A stretch of DNA of 64,000 nt from Haliotis cracherodii. Lineage: Eukaryota. Location: NCBI RefSeq assembly GCF_022045235.1, contig NW_027266264.1:61132001-61196000 (forward strand), in the 5' to 3' direction. The notes under the pieces were generated by a model. The model saw only the letters and a program-made list of their open reading frames with translations, was not told where the DNA came from and did no database searches. The position numbers and the translations under genes are program-made. Shown here one piece after another: positions 39,601 to 54,600 of the stretch (the stretch's first letter is position 1; every line of letters starts with the position of its first letter).

Positions 39601-42600
39601 GTGTGCTGGCCTGTGCAACTTCCCAGGTGACATGCGTTTGGGCAGATCCAAATGCCATCAGCGTGGACTGCCCAGGGTGCAGCATTTATACTCACCGCAG
39701 CAAATGCTGCCCTATAGCCGATGTATCCATTATCCTGGCAGAACCAAAGGGAGGTAAGATGTCAAGGGTGTCCAGCACCACCATCACAACCCCCACCCCC
39801 AACCCCACCCCTACCCCCACCCCCACCCCCATCCCCCAACCAACACGCCCTTCTGCCTTTGAAACCCGGATCCGCGATCGTTTTGCCGATTTCACATTTG
39901 TAGAAGAACATATATGACGTAGGAATCGTATGTATGTAAATAAATTATGTTTACATCAACTAGACTTAACCTAGTTTCTGTACACGATTTGTTGGGTTTT
40001 GCGTCTCGTTTACCAGTATTTCAGTCGTATCAAGATTCGCTCTGATTATAAGGTTGATATTATGAGCAACGATGTACGCTTTTGGGGTACGGCGACACGC
40101 GGTTAACGAAGTCCCGGGGTCTTATAACCCGACTAGTGTCGCCTCTAACGACAAGCGGGGCGGTCGGGGAGCATAGTGGTTAAAGTGTTCGCTCGTCACG
40201 CTGAAGACCCGGGTTCGATTCTCGACGTGGGTTCTATGTGTGAAGCCTATTTCTGGCGTCCCCCGCCGTGATATTGCTGGAATATTGCTAAAAGCGGTGT
40301 AAAACCATACTCACTCACTCTAACGACCAGCACAGGTTGGTACTATCTGTAACCTGGAATTCCCACGGGGCAGTGTCTGAATGAAGACGCAAGCTGAACT
40401 AAGTTATTCGTGTGTTGCATTCCAACCAGGTTTAAGAGAGTGTTAAAGATATTTTGACATTGAAAAAGCTCCCATAAACATGTCAATATGTCTATGTAGC
40501 TCTTTGAAGCTAAGGAGTCCAAAAGAGAAAGTCTTTGATGAATGTCAACTCTGCATACATGTGGTGATAACCCCACACCAAAATGCAGGTGTTATCATAT
40601 GACACCATCTTATACTAAGAACCGAATATGTCTACTAGTAATTTCAGTATTTTAATAAAAAGAAATAAAAAAACAGTCTGATCTATATATAGCGGCCTGT
40701 ATATAGTCCACCATTAACTGACGCTTTCCCAGTGACGTATGTAGACACTGCTTGGTATATTAGCTCTCTGGCTACTTTCTTGAGAGTCCGTGTACTTGCT
40801 TTCATTACAGCTGAGCCTTATAGGTAAATACAACAATATTTTGCAGTTTTTTTAAGACATTACGGTATGAAGTTCCATGTGTGTTAATATCTTGAATAGC
40901 ATACTCTCTTGTAATTGTATTTTCAGAGCATAACCGAAACTATCCTTTTCCTCGAAGCTACACCAACGTGTAACACACACACAATCAATCAGTTTATTCG
41001 GTAATAAGGCCTCAGGCCCACGTACAGATATATATAATTTAGTTTCACATCAAGTGCTGCATGAAATAATATTAACAGGTAAGAAGAACGAAGACAGATT
41101 GCATTTTTAATATAATTGGCTAAGTTCTCAAGGCGGTTTACATCAGAAGAGTTCTAACAGAACATTCTAACCAGTGTGTCTTTACGATTATTACCAGTAA
41201 TGAAGTCCNNNNNNNNNNNNNNNNNNNNNNNNNNNNNNNNNNNNNNNNNNNNNNNNNNNNNNNNNNNNNNNNNNNNNNNNNNNNNNNNNNNNNNNNNNNN
41301 NNNNNNNNNNNNNNNNNNNNNNNNNNNNNNNNNNNNNNNNNNNACTCACTCACTCACTTCACACAGACACGCACAATCACTCACACACACACATACACAC
41401 ACTCGTTCACTCACACTCACACGCCATGAAGCTTCATACTCCAATCAACCCAAAATGAAATTCAATTCTTAATTAAAATCTCGTGAAGATATAGCCAATC
41501 CATCTTGTGGTGAATATTAGCTTTCTTATCTCCAAAAGTTTAATCAATTTCACGCAGAGAGTTTAGTCTATTTACAAACATATCCTATTAAAGCCTCCGT
41601 GAGAAGGGTTTCGTTTCCATACGCCGCACCCATTCTCGTTTTAAAACTGTTATATATATTTCGTAATATTTACTCAGTAAGCTGATTATTTCCCTGCTGT
41701 CAATATTGTAAGATCACCGTTCTTGTGTTGGGGGAGAACTATCAGTATAGCTATATATATAGTTCTTGTCTGGTGTGTACAATGGCGAATACTGAGTGGC
41801 AAGGTATATCAAGATAGGAAGACCCATTACAAGAGCACCCTTCGTGTTTCCTCATCACACGATCTTAAAACAACGCCGTGCAGGCAACCTGCTGTGACAC
41901 AACTTGTGGTCAAAAACAGTACACTGTGTTTAAAATGAAAACATAGTAACATACGTAGCCACTTTGGTGTTTATTAATGTTCATATGCCTCGATAGCATT
42001 TAGATTTGTATGATAAATAAAAAACGTTGAACGTGTGTTTTGTTTGACAAATGCAATAAAAATCGTTTCCATATCTTGTTATCGTGTATCCATATTTGAT
42101 ATGTACAAGGACCACCACTGTTAGTTCATTAAGCACATCTACAGCCTATACTATTAATATTTTGGAATCTGGTTCTTACACACAATGAATTGGGAAAATG
42201 TGCCCTTGACTTGTCCTTGCGTGCAAAGAAAGCTTTAATATGTGTAATGTCTGTTGCTCATAAAGTTGGAACGATGTGACCTAATATCTTCTTTAAGCCT
42301 TTTGATACCCAGATACAACCAATTTTATTGTATGGTTCTGAAGTATGGGGGTATCAACGTTATGACTGTTAAGAGAAGGTTCACTTATCAGCATGTAAAA
42401 AGTTTCTGTGTGTCGGATCCTCTACACTAAATTGTATGGTTTATGGTGAATGATGTAGATACCCAGATTAGATGTGTAAAATACTGGTTTAAAATCCTTC
42501 ATATGCATGAAAAACGTCACCCTAACTTAGCTCATAACATGCTTCTACATTTAGATAACATGGGAAAGAATACTTGGACATTGCATATAAGAAATCTTTT

Positions 42601-45600
42601 ATTTTCTCATGGTTTTGGTTTTATTTGGCTATGTCAGTCAGTTGGAAATGTAAATATGTTTCTTTATACATTTCGAAATCGGTCTATAAATATGTTCTAC
42701 CAAGAATTGCATTCCACTTTAGAGCATAGTTCACGTTATGAATATAACAAAACTTTCAAGACTTTACTTCAACCAGAAATATATTTATGAGTACACACTT
42801 CGGAAAACTTAAGAAAAAATTTCATTAAATATCGACTTGGTTTACTGGACCTAATTGTAAATGAAGGAAGAAAACTGTCCATAGAAAATCTGAAAAGAAT
42901 TTGTCCATTAAGAAATCTTGAGATAGAAAATTAAATTGATTTTGTGTTTGTCTGTCCATTTTACAATGATCTTCGAAAGAAATATATAAAAGATTATTTG
43001 AATACACAATGCCATTTAGAAAGTGGTCAAATGTAACAAATGTTATATTTGGGATAACACTTTCTTAGTAAAGTACAGATTCTCGTACTTTTTTGGGTTG
43101 AGTCCCGTCCGGGATTCGAACCCACACTAGATCGGTTAGATCGCTGACTTTGAGTGCTGGCGATTAGGTGCCTCACTCTGGCAAGTGTGGGTTCGAATCC
43201 CGGACGGGACTCAACCCAAAAAAGTACGAGAATCTGTGTTTAAAAAGAAAGCGTTATCCCAAATATAACATTTGTTACAAAAGATTATTTAATCGCAATG
43301 CCACCGATAAACGTCTTTGTAGTTAATCTGACGACAAAGAACGAATCTAATATATTAAATCGTTCTCTATATATTAAGCATGAATTAGCCAAAAGACATG
43401 AATTAATCAAACAACGTGTATATCCCAGTGTATAACATCTATGATTGTATTTACATGAGTAACTCTCTCTTGTATATGGGCCGGAGGCCTTTTGTACAAT
43501 AAAGTTCTTTTGACTTTGACTTTGAGTACTCCCTATACACAGCAAATGAACAGGACCAATAAACAGTTTGTTATATCCGTCAGTGCGTTACAAGCGTGTT
43601 CGTTCGTCCGAGGGTCGTTGATGTGTACCGAAAGCATAATATCGTGTCTGAATTGATAAATGCTACGTACATGCATTGCAAGTTGTTACGGTTTACCCAT
43701 AAGTATCAACTGTGTTTTAATGTTCATATACATTCACACAACTCACGTGTGCATTCATTGTTTGTGCAGAACTCCGGCTGACGTGTCTGGGCCGGGCTTA
43801 TGTGCATTGGTCGGAGCTGGAGAACGTAGGGCGACGTGGGGGACGTCAACGTCTGGAGACGGTGGAGTACTCAGCGGAGGAGGGCTACTTCAAACACAGG
43901 TTCAGACTGTGGGGCAAAGGTGAGACCTGAACAAGTAGTGTGGGGCAACGACGAGACTTGTACGTAATACCAAAAGACGTTTCAAGAATGTACTTGTTGT
44001 TACCCTGTCTGGCGCTCGGCATAAAGGCTTAACCAAGGACTGGTTGTCTCGGAGTCATTTAACTGTGTCTGAATGGGATATTCATGCTAAACTGTGGCAT
44101 TGCATATCAGTGGGCTGGCACTATAAAATCGGCATAAGTTNNNNNNNNNNNNNNNNNNNNNNNNNNNNNNNNNNNNNNNNNNNNNNNNNNNNNNNNNNNN
44201 NNNNNNNNNNNNNNNNNNNNNNNNNNNNNNNNNNNNNNNNNNNNNNNNNNNNNNNNNNNNNNNNNNNNNGCAGTAAACCTACACCCCACTTCACCTCACC
44301 GCTGTGTTGTATATAAATAGTACACCCCTCTATGTACACCTACATGTGGGTATGTATGAGATTGATTTCCAAAACTCTGTATGAAAGAATTGCATTCCAA
44401 AATAAGAAACCCATTGGAACTATTACAGTAGAAGACGGATAAATGCACCAAATGTGACAGTGGAGAACTCGGGGAATGTATATCTGGTCATCATGGATTC
44501 TCAGGTGCAAATATCTTTATCACGAACCCAACTTTCACGCTAAATAACTGTGTAATCAATTCATCTGGTTTTGAGACGTTTCCCTTTCAAGAAATGTTGA
44601 GTTCATTCCTTTTCCCACTTCTGTTATCTATTAACTCATAGAAAAAAGACTCACCAGATACGTACATGATAGGAAACATACGTTAGAGTTTGTAGAAAAA
44701 AACTATTATTTGTTGGTTTACGTGTCAACGTCTTGCTGTTAAAATGTGAACGTAAGCAGCTGATTTAGAGTAAATAGGGATTAAATATATAACATCCTTT
44801 GTGTCATAATCGCCATCAAAACAACCATATGGTGACTGGGCACAGGTCGCCTTATCGTATAGAGTGCAGCCGTTTGCTGTGCAGTGTTGCGCCCGTTAAT
44901 CGTGCCAGGATCTGCTGACAGAGGGTTCGAATCCCGGATTGGTCCTTGGTTCGTCAGTATTACACCTTTAATGGTAGGTATCGTCAAATTGGTAACGTGT
45001 AAGATCTACATCACTTTCATCCTACATTAACCTTACACACCCGGATACAAGTGACATACTGCCCAAAGAGGCGTAAAACCAACACTCCTCACTTAATGAT
45101 GCAGCGACAGTGCGATGGCTATTATTGTTTGCTGTGGTCTGTTGCTTCGCGAGTGAGAAAGCCGTCTGCAGTGTAATGTTGCATATGTTCTGAATTGTTT
45201 TCTCATTTTCATTATCACCGTTATCGGCGTATCTTCAGCAGCAGCGTCAGCAGAGGGCATATTGGGGTGAGGTGAGGTGGGGTTTTACTTGGCGTTCAAA
45301 ATGTTTGCATTGAACACAGTATACTGACTCCGAGCCGACCGGACTGTGTTTTATACCCTTGAATACCTAGCCCCAGGTAAGGTAACAACAAGTACCATAT
45401 TATAACGTCGTTTGGAATGACGCGGCCAGGGATAGAAACACCAACCTTTCGCTCCCGGCAGTCACTTTATCTACCAAACCACGTAGGCATGTTGATATAC
45501 ACATTCTTTATCCTAATCATATGCTGCCGAAATTAGAAACCTAGAATCCATGAGGTGATACACTTTTTTAGAAGTATCAGTTATAGTGCACACATTGTTC

Positions 45601-48600
45601 GGTGGTGCATGAGGTAGGCTAGTGTTTACTGTCATTTGGTCCGGGTTCGATAAAGGCTACAATTCTTAACGTTTCACTGTTTCCTTGACATGTTTGCAAA
45701 CTAAATTTGACAGTTTAGGAAATGGGTTGTGATTGGTTCATTGGGAACATTGAAACATTTACCAAACCAAGATATTTCAAACAAAACATCAAGAAAAGAG
45801 TTATGTATTCTTGCTTTAGAGACTTTCTTTGATTAAATATCTTTCATGAAATATAATACCAATACATGTCACAATGTACGAGCAACAAAATTTAAGGGAA
45901 CCTCTGTCATTTCATCTGTAACAATCACATGCCCAGCTTTGTTGCACAAGGCACAGCTACTGAACACGGATAGAAAACTCGCTCAAAATTTGCACGTTGC
46001 ACATGTAACACATGCCATCAACAGTGACACATCCTAGAAACCTGCATGTGCCAATAAACGTCACAACCACTTTGTTGAGCAGAACACGATAGGCACGGTG
46101 CTGGCAGCATCATGGTCTGGGTTGGCATCAAATGCCACAAAACGACGCATCTGAAGATTATGCAAGGGAACATGACCGGACAACGTTATGTGGACAGATA
46201 TTTTACGACCAGCGGTCTTCCCATTTGCCCAGTGCGTAGTTGAGAACCTTTGAGTTCCGGGATGACAGTGTGCATCCTCACAGAGCTCGTGTTACAGTCA
46301 ACTGTCTGAGGCAGCCATGTGGGACACATTGACCTGGCCAGCGAATTTCTTAAGACATGGCACCGATTGAACACCTTTGGGATGTTCTGGGCTGACGTCC
46401 TCGCAACCGACCTCAGCGTTCCTCAGCGTTCCCAGAATTTGGAAAGGTCTTACAAGAATGGCGAAGTATACCACGGGAGACAATCCGGTGTTTGATATCC
46501 AGTATGCCCAGAAGATGTCGTGCATGTGTTGATGTTCGCGGCCATGGACCAGATATTCACTTGATTATGAATAATAAATTCCACAATGTCATTTCTTTAC
46601 ATTATGATATCGTTTCTGAATACATTTTTGGGGTTCCCTCAAATATTGTTCCTCGTATATGAACAGAAGATATTTACATCGATTCCATTATCGTAAACAG
46701 TACAGCATTAGGCCTCCCTTACGTTTCGTTTCCTACATATGCCCTTTTTCATCTGACTTATCTATCATTACGCCAGCTTGCATGTATATATCATTACGCC
46801 AGCTTGCATGTATATATCATCCCGTCTTGGAGAACATATCAACGACTTTTTATGGGTTTTTTTTATCGTAAACATATTCGAAGAAGGTCTGTTGCTTTGG
46901 GCTTTTTCGCCTTCAGCTCTTAACACCGACCGTGCACCGTTCGGAAACTCCGACTTCTGCACAATAACGATTAAATTGTGATCCATTTTGTCATATAATA
47001 CACATATTAGTTTTCGAATAAAAGCATGCCTCTTTAATTTCTTTCCGCACGATCCTTGTGAAGGTTAGGATGGAAAGGAAATGCCAAATATAATGGATAG
47101 CCAAGACAAAGTGCCGGCACAGCTTCTTGTCTTGGCTGCACTGTTGATACTAGTTGTCTCACATCACTTCCTGATAACTTGTATACATCCAAGCTGAGTT
47201 ACAATAAACCGGATAGGGAGTAAGCCAACAGCGCGAGCCGTGATGACGACAGGTACAGGTACCTCCACGGACGTATTCGCTGGGGACTGATAACTGAATC
47301 TCATATTAAACAGCTTGGACTATTTCAGAAGCTGCAGTCAGTTTTAGGAGGTAAATTATTTGATGAATTGACTTAAAGCTCACCTAACCGTGTTTTTGAG
47401 ATAAGGATGGGTATACGCGAAATGGTGGCGAATAAGTCTCCGGTGAGAGCGGTATGTGAGGGCTGTACAATAATGCACAGACGTTTAGTCCTTTAAATGC
47501 TTGAGGCTGATAAGTGGATAAATGGACGGACTGCAGTTTTCTGGCACGTGGTAGTCATTACAACATGCTCCTGTCTGTTTATTTTGGTCTCGGGTGCTGC
47601 GGTACATAGACCAGATATTCTGGCGTGGATAAGTAACGCGATGGCTGGTGGAGTGGTGATGAACTTTCACTCACCTCATTTATCGATGAACCATACCCTT
47701 TTATCACACATGGGTGATTTGTGAGCTTGTTTTAACGCCACTTTTAACCTCACTTCGATTATATCAGCTGAACGGCGGAGGAAGCCCAAGGTATAAGGTC
47801 GTAGTAATGGTTCATCCTAAGACCATAAGTGTGAGTGAGTGAGTTGGGTTTAACGCCGCTTTTAACAGTATTCCGGTTATATCAGGGCGTGTCAGTTTAA
47901 TGTGGGAGGAAAGCCCGAACCAGGATTCCAACCCATAATCATAGGTTTCTATTGGGTCGAATCTGGGAATAGAACCTGGGAGCTCTTGACACGGAGGATG
48001 TACCACTCACGCGTGAACTATAGCAAATGTATTTCATTGCATATCAATGGCTAATTGCTGGAATTATTATAACCGACACTTTACACAGCCAGTTAGCGAT
48101 ATATGTGTTATGCCAGTTGTGTGTAATGGTTGTCAAGAACGATAACCAGAATATGACATTATGTCATGAGGCTGCTCCTTGTTAAATCCAAGCGTCAATC
48201 AGTTGCACAAGACGGTATATCAGGTTGCGTTCGCACGAACTGTTCTTAATTATCCATGATCGCTAACAGGTGTTCTCAAAGTGTGGCGATGAAATGATGC
48301 TGACACACGTGTGGAGAGTTAACGTGGGTTTGACGTTAACGTGTTCTGATACATATTGCTTCTTTCAAAAACTGCCAAAACTGAGTCTTTGCAACAAACA
48401 ACTTTGACATCTTCGTACTGTTTGAATGAAGTTACCTGGCATGCGAAGGTGCTGCCTCGCATTTGTGGTCTCTAAATACTGGTCGTCAGAAGTATTTGAG
48501 ATGCAAACATTTCGTTCAATAATCAGCAAAGAGACATTTCCCTTTTATTGATTTACCCACCTGAACTAGAAATAAAGGACATCGGTTTCATATTTAGATC

Positions 48601-51600
48601 TGTGCATAGAGATTCAGAGTGGCAAAACACTCTCCACATGACTGTGTGACAAGAGGGATGACCTCCACTTTCCCATCCATAGTCACCTTAACCTTTATGT
48701 CGAGCACTGGACGGTTGGGTAGCCTAGTGGTTAAGCGTTCGCTCGTCACGCCGAAGACCCGGGTTCGATTCCCGACATGGGTACAATGTGTGAAGCCCAT
48801 TTCTGGTGTCCCCCGCCGTAATATTGCTGGAATATTGCTAAAAGCGGCGTAAAACCTTACTCACTCACTCACTCACTCACTCACTCACTCCTACAGCTCC
48901 AACCCCTGGTGTCCACATTTCACAACGTTTGAGATAAGGTTGCAACATTCAAAGTCTCAGTAATGCTTCCAATAGGTTTTATGGTATATATGTGGAGGAC
49001 GTTTCCAAATATGACGCATCAGTGACAACAATGATGTCCGATGCAATTCCCTATTTTGACTTGTATCATAAGTTCCAGTGTTTTTCATGTGAACAATTGA
49101 CTTGCCTTTGCAAGTGTTTGTGACGAATGACACTAGTGGGGCTGGATAGGCTCATCTTTCCGAGAACAACTATCGCTATTTGATAGTGATTCTTAAACAT
49201 GCTCATGATATAGCCGGAATCGTACACTCGTTAGGACGCGATTTTTTATGAATATGGAAAGGCTGTTTTCGCTTTTATATTACCTGCTTCCAGATTCGTT
49301 CAGGTCCTTTCATCGTTTTCCGTTACCTACATACTACTACAGGTGGAATGGATTAGTAATACTGCATAATTCTACCGTAAACCGCAAACTGGCAGGCCCC
49401 TCAGCATACAATGGAAATTGGATGTGACCACAAAATTACAAACTTTATCAAAACGTTACTAGGTTGAAAACAGTTGCCGAAAAAGTGCAAACTTTAGATC
49501 CAAAACGCACCCATGATACCCCGTTCAAATACATCGCCTTCAAATAAACATTTCTTGTTTATTTTATTTTGGGCCAACATCACTTCCCTCTGCCCGGATG
49601 CTTAGGTCGTAAATAATCGCACTTTTTGTACTACATTTGTTAATCCTGACATTTTCACCAGCTCTCGGATAAATGGAGTTTGACTTTGGTCGGGTGAAAC
49701 ACGGGGAATGTAGAAACGTTGAGAGATGATAAAAATAATAAACCTTATAGTAAGAGAAATCAGGTTTGATTGGTTGGGACATTATACTCACTCATTCATG
49801 ACCAACACGTGTTATTCCGGGACAAGCCGAATAGGTTACGGAAGGGGCGAGTGGTGACGAATGTATACTGACTCAGAATCGTGATTGACATAAGATCTTT
49901 TGAATTTGTTCAAAGGAAAATACATTTTCATTATCTATTTATTAAGTTTGCTAAACTATTATACAAATATATTTCAAAACAAGAACTGTATATTTAGTGT
50001 ATGATATGCGTCGTAGGTGTAAAAACAAACATGCTAAAGATTAAAACCCAAAACACACACTCATTCACTCACGGTTAGGTTTAATCGTCAAGGTGGTAAA
50101 TTGTCCATATATGACCCCGTTGGCGTCGGGTTTTTTAATTGTTTACTTTAGTTTAACGAAATGTATGAATTTGACAAACAATGTGTTTTAGTATACCTTT
50201 AGTATAACCACCACCTGTCATTCTCTCTCACGAAGTTGGTGTCATCCCACAAGATGCAGGCTTGTTGTAAATGTTGTCTTCACCTTCCAGACGTGCGAGG
50301 CGAGGATACAAACTGTTTGCAGCCGGGCCACCACACCTTCCCCTTCGACCTGTTGTTGCCAGCGACGTTACCGTCGTCGTTCGAAGGCAGCTACGGTTAC
50401 ATCCGGTACTGGGTGAAAGGTACCATCGACAAACCATGGAAGTTTGACCATCACTGTAAAAAGGCTTTCACTGTCATAGCTAACCTGGACCTCAACAAGG
50501 AGGCGCGTGCTGCGGTGAGAATACCCGTTACATTCCTACGTCGATATAAGGTGAAGTGAGGTGGAATGGAGTTTAACGTCGCGTTCAAGATTATTACTTA
50601 TTTACTGCATGCATACATGTATGTGGCTGCATGAACTAATGTTGATGTATAGTGCTAGCCAACTGAGATACCACGCCGCAGTTTAACATGAATTCCCCAT
50701 TCAGACACTGAATACGGACTGCGAGCAGGCCTGTGCTTGTTTTATCCCCTTAATGCCGAGCACAGGGCTAGGAAACAACAAGTACCATATTGTAACGTCT
50801 ATTGGTATGACGCGGGGGTCGAATCACCGATCTTCCGCTCTCCGCTCTATCCACTGGACTACCGAAATGGTCTAGATACAATGAATTGACTGAGTTGGAC
50901 TTGAGTTGTATCACAGCTTAATGAGAAAGGACAACCTGAAGAGACACAGGCTTTAGACGTATTCCTCTTTGGTGAAACCCACTTGCACGGTGCTGACGAC
51001 GTAAGATTCATAATCAAGTCGAATGTGTTATTCGAAGCCACGAGCATACTATTCAGGGACCAACTCCGCACAGCGAGTTTCCTTTTTTAAGCGTTATTAC
51101 CATCCATAATTATACAACTGGCAAATAATAATTTTTTCTAACAATATTTTGTCATGATCATGTTTGTATACATATTGTCCTAATCGACACGGAAGTTTTG
51201 TTAGCTTGTAGGTTTGTATACTGTTATCTGTGTAGCTCAACACTTGTCGTTTAGTCATTCGGAAATGATCGTATGTTCTAATGTCACTCTGTAGCAAATA
51301 TTACAGCGAAAAAACAGTTTACAGTTCACAATTCATAGTTTATCGATCTCTGGCGACGTTCTGTTTTGACATTCATAACGACGTCGCTCGTAAAACTGAA
51401 ATGGAGTCCTGAAAACATGTTTATAATCATTCACTTTTACCGCTATGATTTCTTCGCCAGGACCCTATCCGGTGTGAGGGGGAGGTGAACGCCGGATGCT
51501 GGTTGTGCAAGTGTGGTGGGTACAGCGCCATCTTCTGCACCAACTGCCGGGGGTGCGTCCCGGGGGAGGTGCTCCTCCTGTACACAGAAGTCGAGAACCA

Positions 51601-54600
51601 TACACGGTGGTCCAACTGCTCAGCGGAGATCAGGCTCAAACTGGTAGGTCGTCCATCTGCGCAGTGGAGATCAGGCTCAAACTGGTAGGTGGTCCATCTG
51701 CTCAGCGGAGATCAGGCTCAAACTGGTAGGTGATCCGTCTGCTCAGCGGAGATCAGGTTGAAACTGGTAGGTGGTCAAACTGCTCAGCGGAGATCAGGTT
51801 GAAACTGGTAGGTGGTCCAACTGTTTAGCGGAGATCAGGCTCAAACTGGTAGGTGGTCCATCTGCTCAGCGGAGATCAGGCTCAAACTGGTAGGTGGTCC
51901 ATCTGCTCAGCGGAAATCTGACTAGATGATCAGACTCAAACAGGTATGTGTAGGTTCAATGCTGTCGTAACAGTCATCATATGGCTATTAAACGGTTAAT
52001 ATAGAACACCCGGGACGAAACACTCTAAGTGAGCATCCTTTTGATGCGTAAAGAGGGAATTATATCAGAACAATATATATTCCCACCTGCATCCAAAACA
52101 CTATTTATTTACTGAGCACAGTCAATCAAATAGTCACCCCTGCCATCAAACTATTCATTTTGGGCATATTTCTGAACACCCGAAATGGTTCGTGGAGAAC
52201 GCGAGGGACGAAAACTCTTAGTTGGCCGCCACCGCCACCACACAATGTGCACATTGGTGCACGCACATCACCTTGGGGAGATAAGGCATGTATTGCAAGG
52301 TGGTCCACTAACTCGGATAACTGCTAGTTCATCTGTGAAATAGCTAAATTGCTTGACGATCTACTTAGATATGATGTAATGGGGAATGTAATTTGGTTCA
52401 AACGTTGGAGTGAATCGTTTAACATCAAAACAGCACTTACCTATATATCAAACTTGAAATGTTCCTGCACATTGGCAACGTGTTTAGATACTAGACTGAT
52501 TCTATATCATGGGACAGAAGTACCTTATGCAAGACCCGCAACTTCCTAACTGTATGTATCTAACGTGTCTTGATAAGAAAATTTTGTTCATGGAGACCTG
52601 CATCACTTCGGACTTTCCTCCCACATTAAGCTGACACGCCGTGATTTAACTGGAATAATGTTGAAAGCGGCGGTAAATCCAACTCACTCACTCACTCATA
52701 TATATATATATAGCCCAGACACCTAATAGTAAAGGTTCAGACCACGACCTCGGTAAAGTCTGGGAAATATAAACCCGTACGTCTTATCGTTAAGGCTACT
52801 TTGTGCATGGGCCGAGAGACATCATCCGTATAATGTATCCTAAACTGCCAAAAACATGCGGCGTTATCTACGCGTGTAACGTCCTTAAACCAAAAACCAG
52901 GTAATTAGTTTCTTCCAGGAGTTAAGTAGCATCTCTGTGGAGGCCTGACAGGGTCAGAGCCGTGTTCGTCTCCATCAAAGGAGGGTGATCCACAGTCATG
53001 GGTACCGTTTACAACCTGACAAAACAGGACTGTGGGATTGATCAGCTGACAATCATGCATCAACAAACTTTAACGCAAGCGAGGTTTGTCTGGCAAGCAT
53101 TCACGGATGTTTATCAGTCATGTCTGGAGACATTCCTTGGGCGCTATTGGGTTCACGGGCTGATAGGATTGGGCGTCATGTCAGTATTGCTTAATGTTGC
53201 CCTACCATATACACTATATTTTATTCTAACTTCATGCTGCCGACGATGCAAAATATGTCACTACGGTGTAGTTAATGTCGCTTTGGCTTCATGCTACGGC
53301 TATTTGTGTCACAAAATGTCATGGATACTCGCACATCGCTATGGCTAAAATGCTACTGACGGTGTAAATATCGCCATGGCTAAATGCCACTGACGATATA
53401 TATATCGCTGTGGCTAAATGCTACTGACGATATATATATCGCTGTGGCTAAATGCTACTGACGATATATATATCGCTGTGGCTAAATGCTACTGACGATA
53501 TATATATATCGCTGTGGCTAAATCTACTGACGGCATAAATATTGCTATGGCTAAATGCTACTAACGGCATAAATATCGCTATGGCTAAATGCTACAGACG
53601 ATATATATATCGCTGTGGCTAAATGCTACTGACGATATATATATATCGCTATGGCTAATTGCTACTCACGATATATATATCGCTGTGGCTAAATCTACTG
53701 ACGGCATAAGTATCGCTGTGGCTAAATCTACTGACGGCATAAATATCGCTATGGTTAAATGCTACTGACGGCATGAATATCGCTATGGCTAAATGCTACA
53801 GACGATATATATATCGCTGTGGCTAAATGCTACTGACCATATATATATATAGTTATGGCTAAATGCTACTGACGATATATATATATCGCTGTGGCTAAAT
53901 CTACTGACGGCATTTATATCGCTATGGCTAAATGCTACTGACGGCATAAATATCGCTATGGTTAAATGCTACTGACGATATATATATCGCTGTGGCTAAA
54001 TGCTACTGACGGCATAAATATAGCTTTGGATAAATGCTACTGACGATATATATATCGCTGTGGCTAAATGCTACTGACGATAGAAATATACCTATGGCTA
54101 AATACTACTGATGGTGTAAATACCATCGCTGTGGCGAAATGCTACTGACGGTGTAAATATCGCTGTGGCTAAATGTTACCGATGGTGTAAATATCGCTGT
54201 GGCTAAATGTTACCGATGGTGTAAATATCGCTGTGGCTAAATGCTACCGACGGTGTTAATATCGCTATGGCTATATGTAAATGCTACTGACGTTATATAT
54301 ATTCTTATGGCTAAATGCTACTGGCAATGAACATATTCCTATGGCTAAATGCTGCTGACGATGTATTATGATATATCGCTGTGGCCAAATGATACAGACG
54401 AAATTTTGCGTTCCTGCGATCTCGCACTCTCGCCCTTTTGGCATGTTTCTTTTGTTTCCAAAGGTCGAGATCGCGAGAATGCGAAAACGCGAAAATGACC
54501 CTTACAGTATTCCATATGCATATGGATTAATTATCGTTCACGTTTCTTCAAGTTTATCACAACTTAGGTTAACTCGTAACTGTTCTTTGAATATACAGAA

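Noticed and set aside
39531-39917. Pro/Thr-rich 128-aa ORF
   Set aside because: Explained by the (ACCCCC)n microsatellite; not needed for the ARRDC reading frame.
42443-42790. 115-aa ORF as a host gene or extra ARRDC exon
   Set aside because: Part of a decayed LINE ORF with flanking stops and frameshifts.
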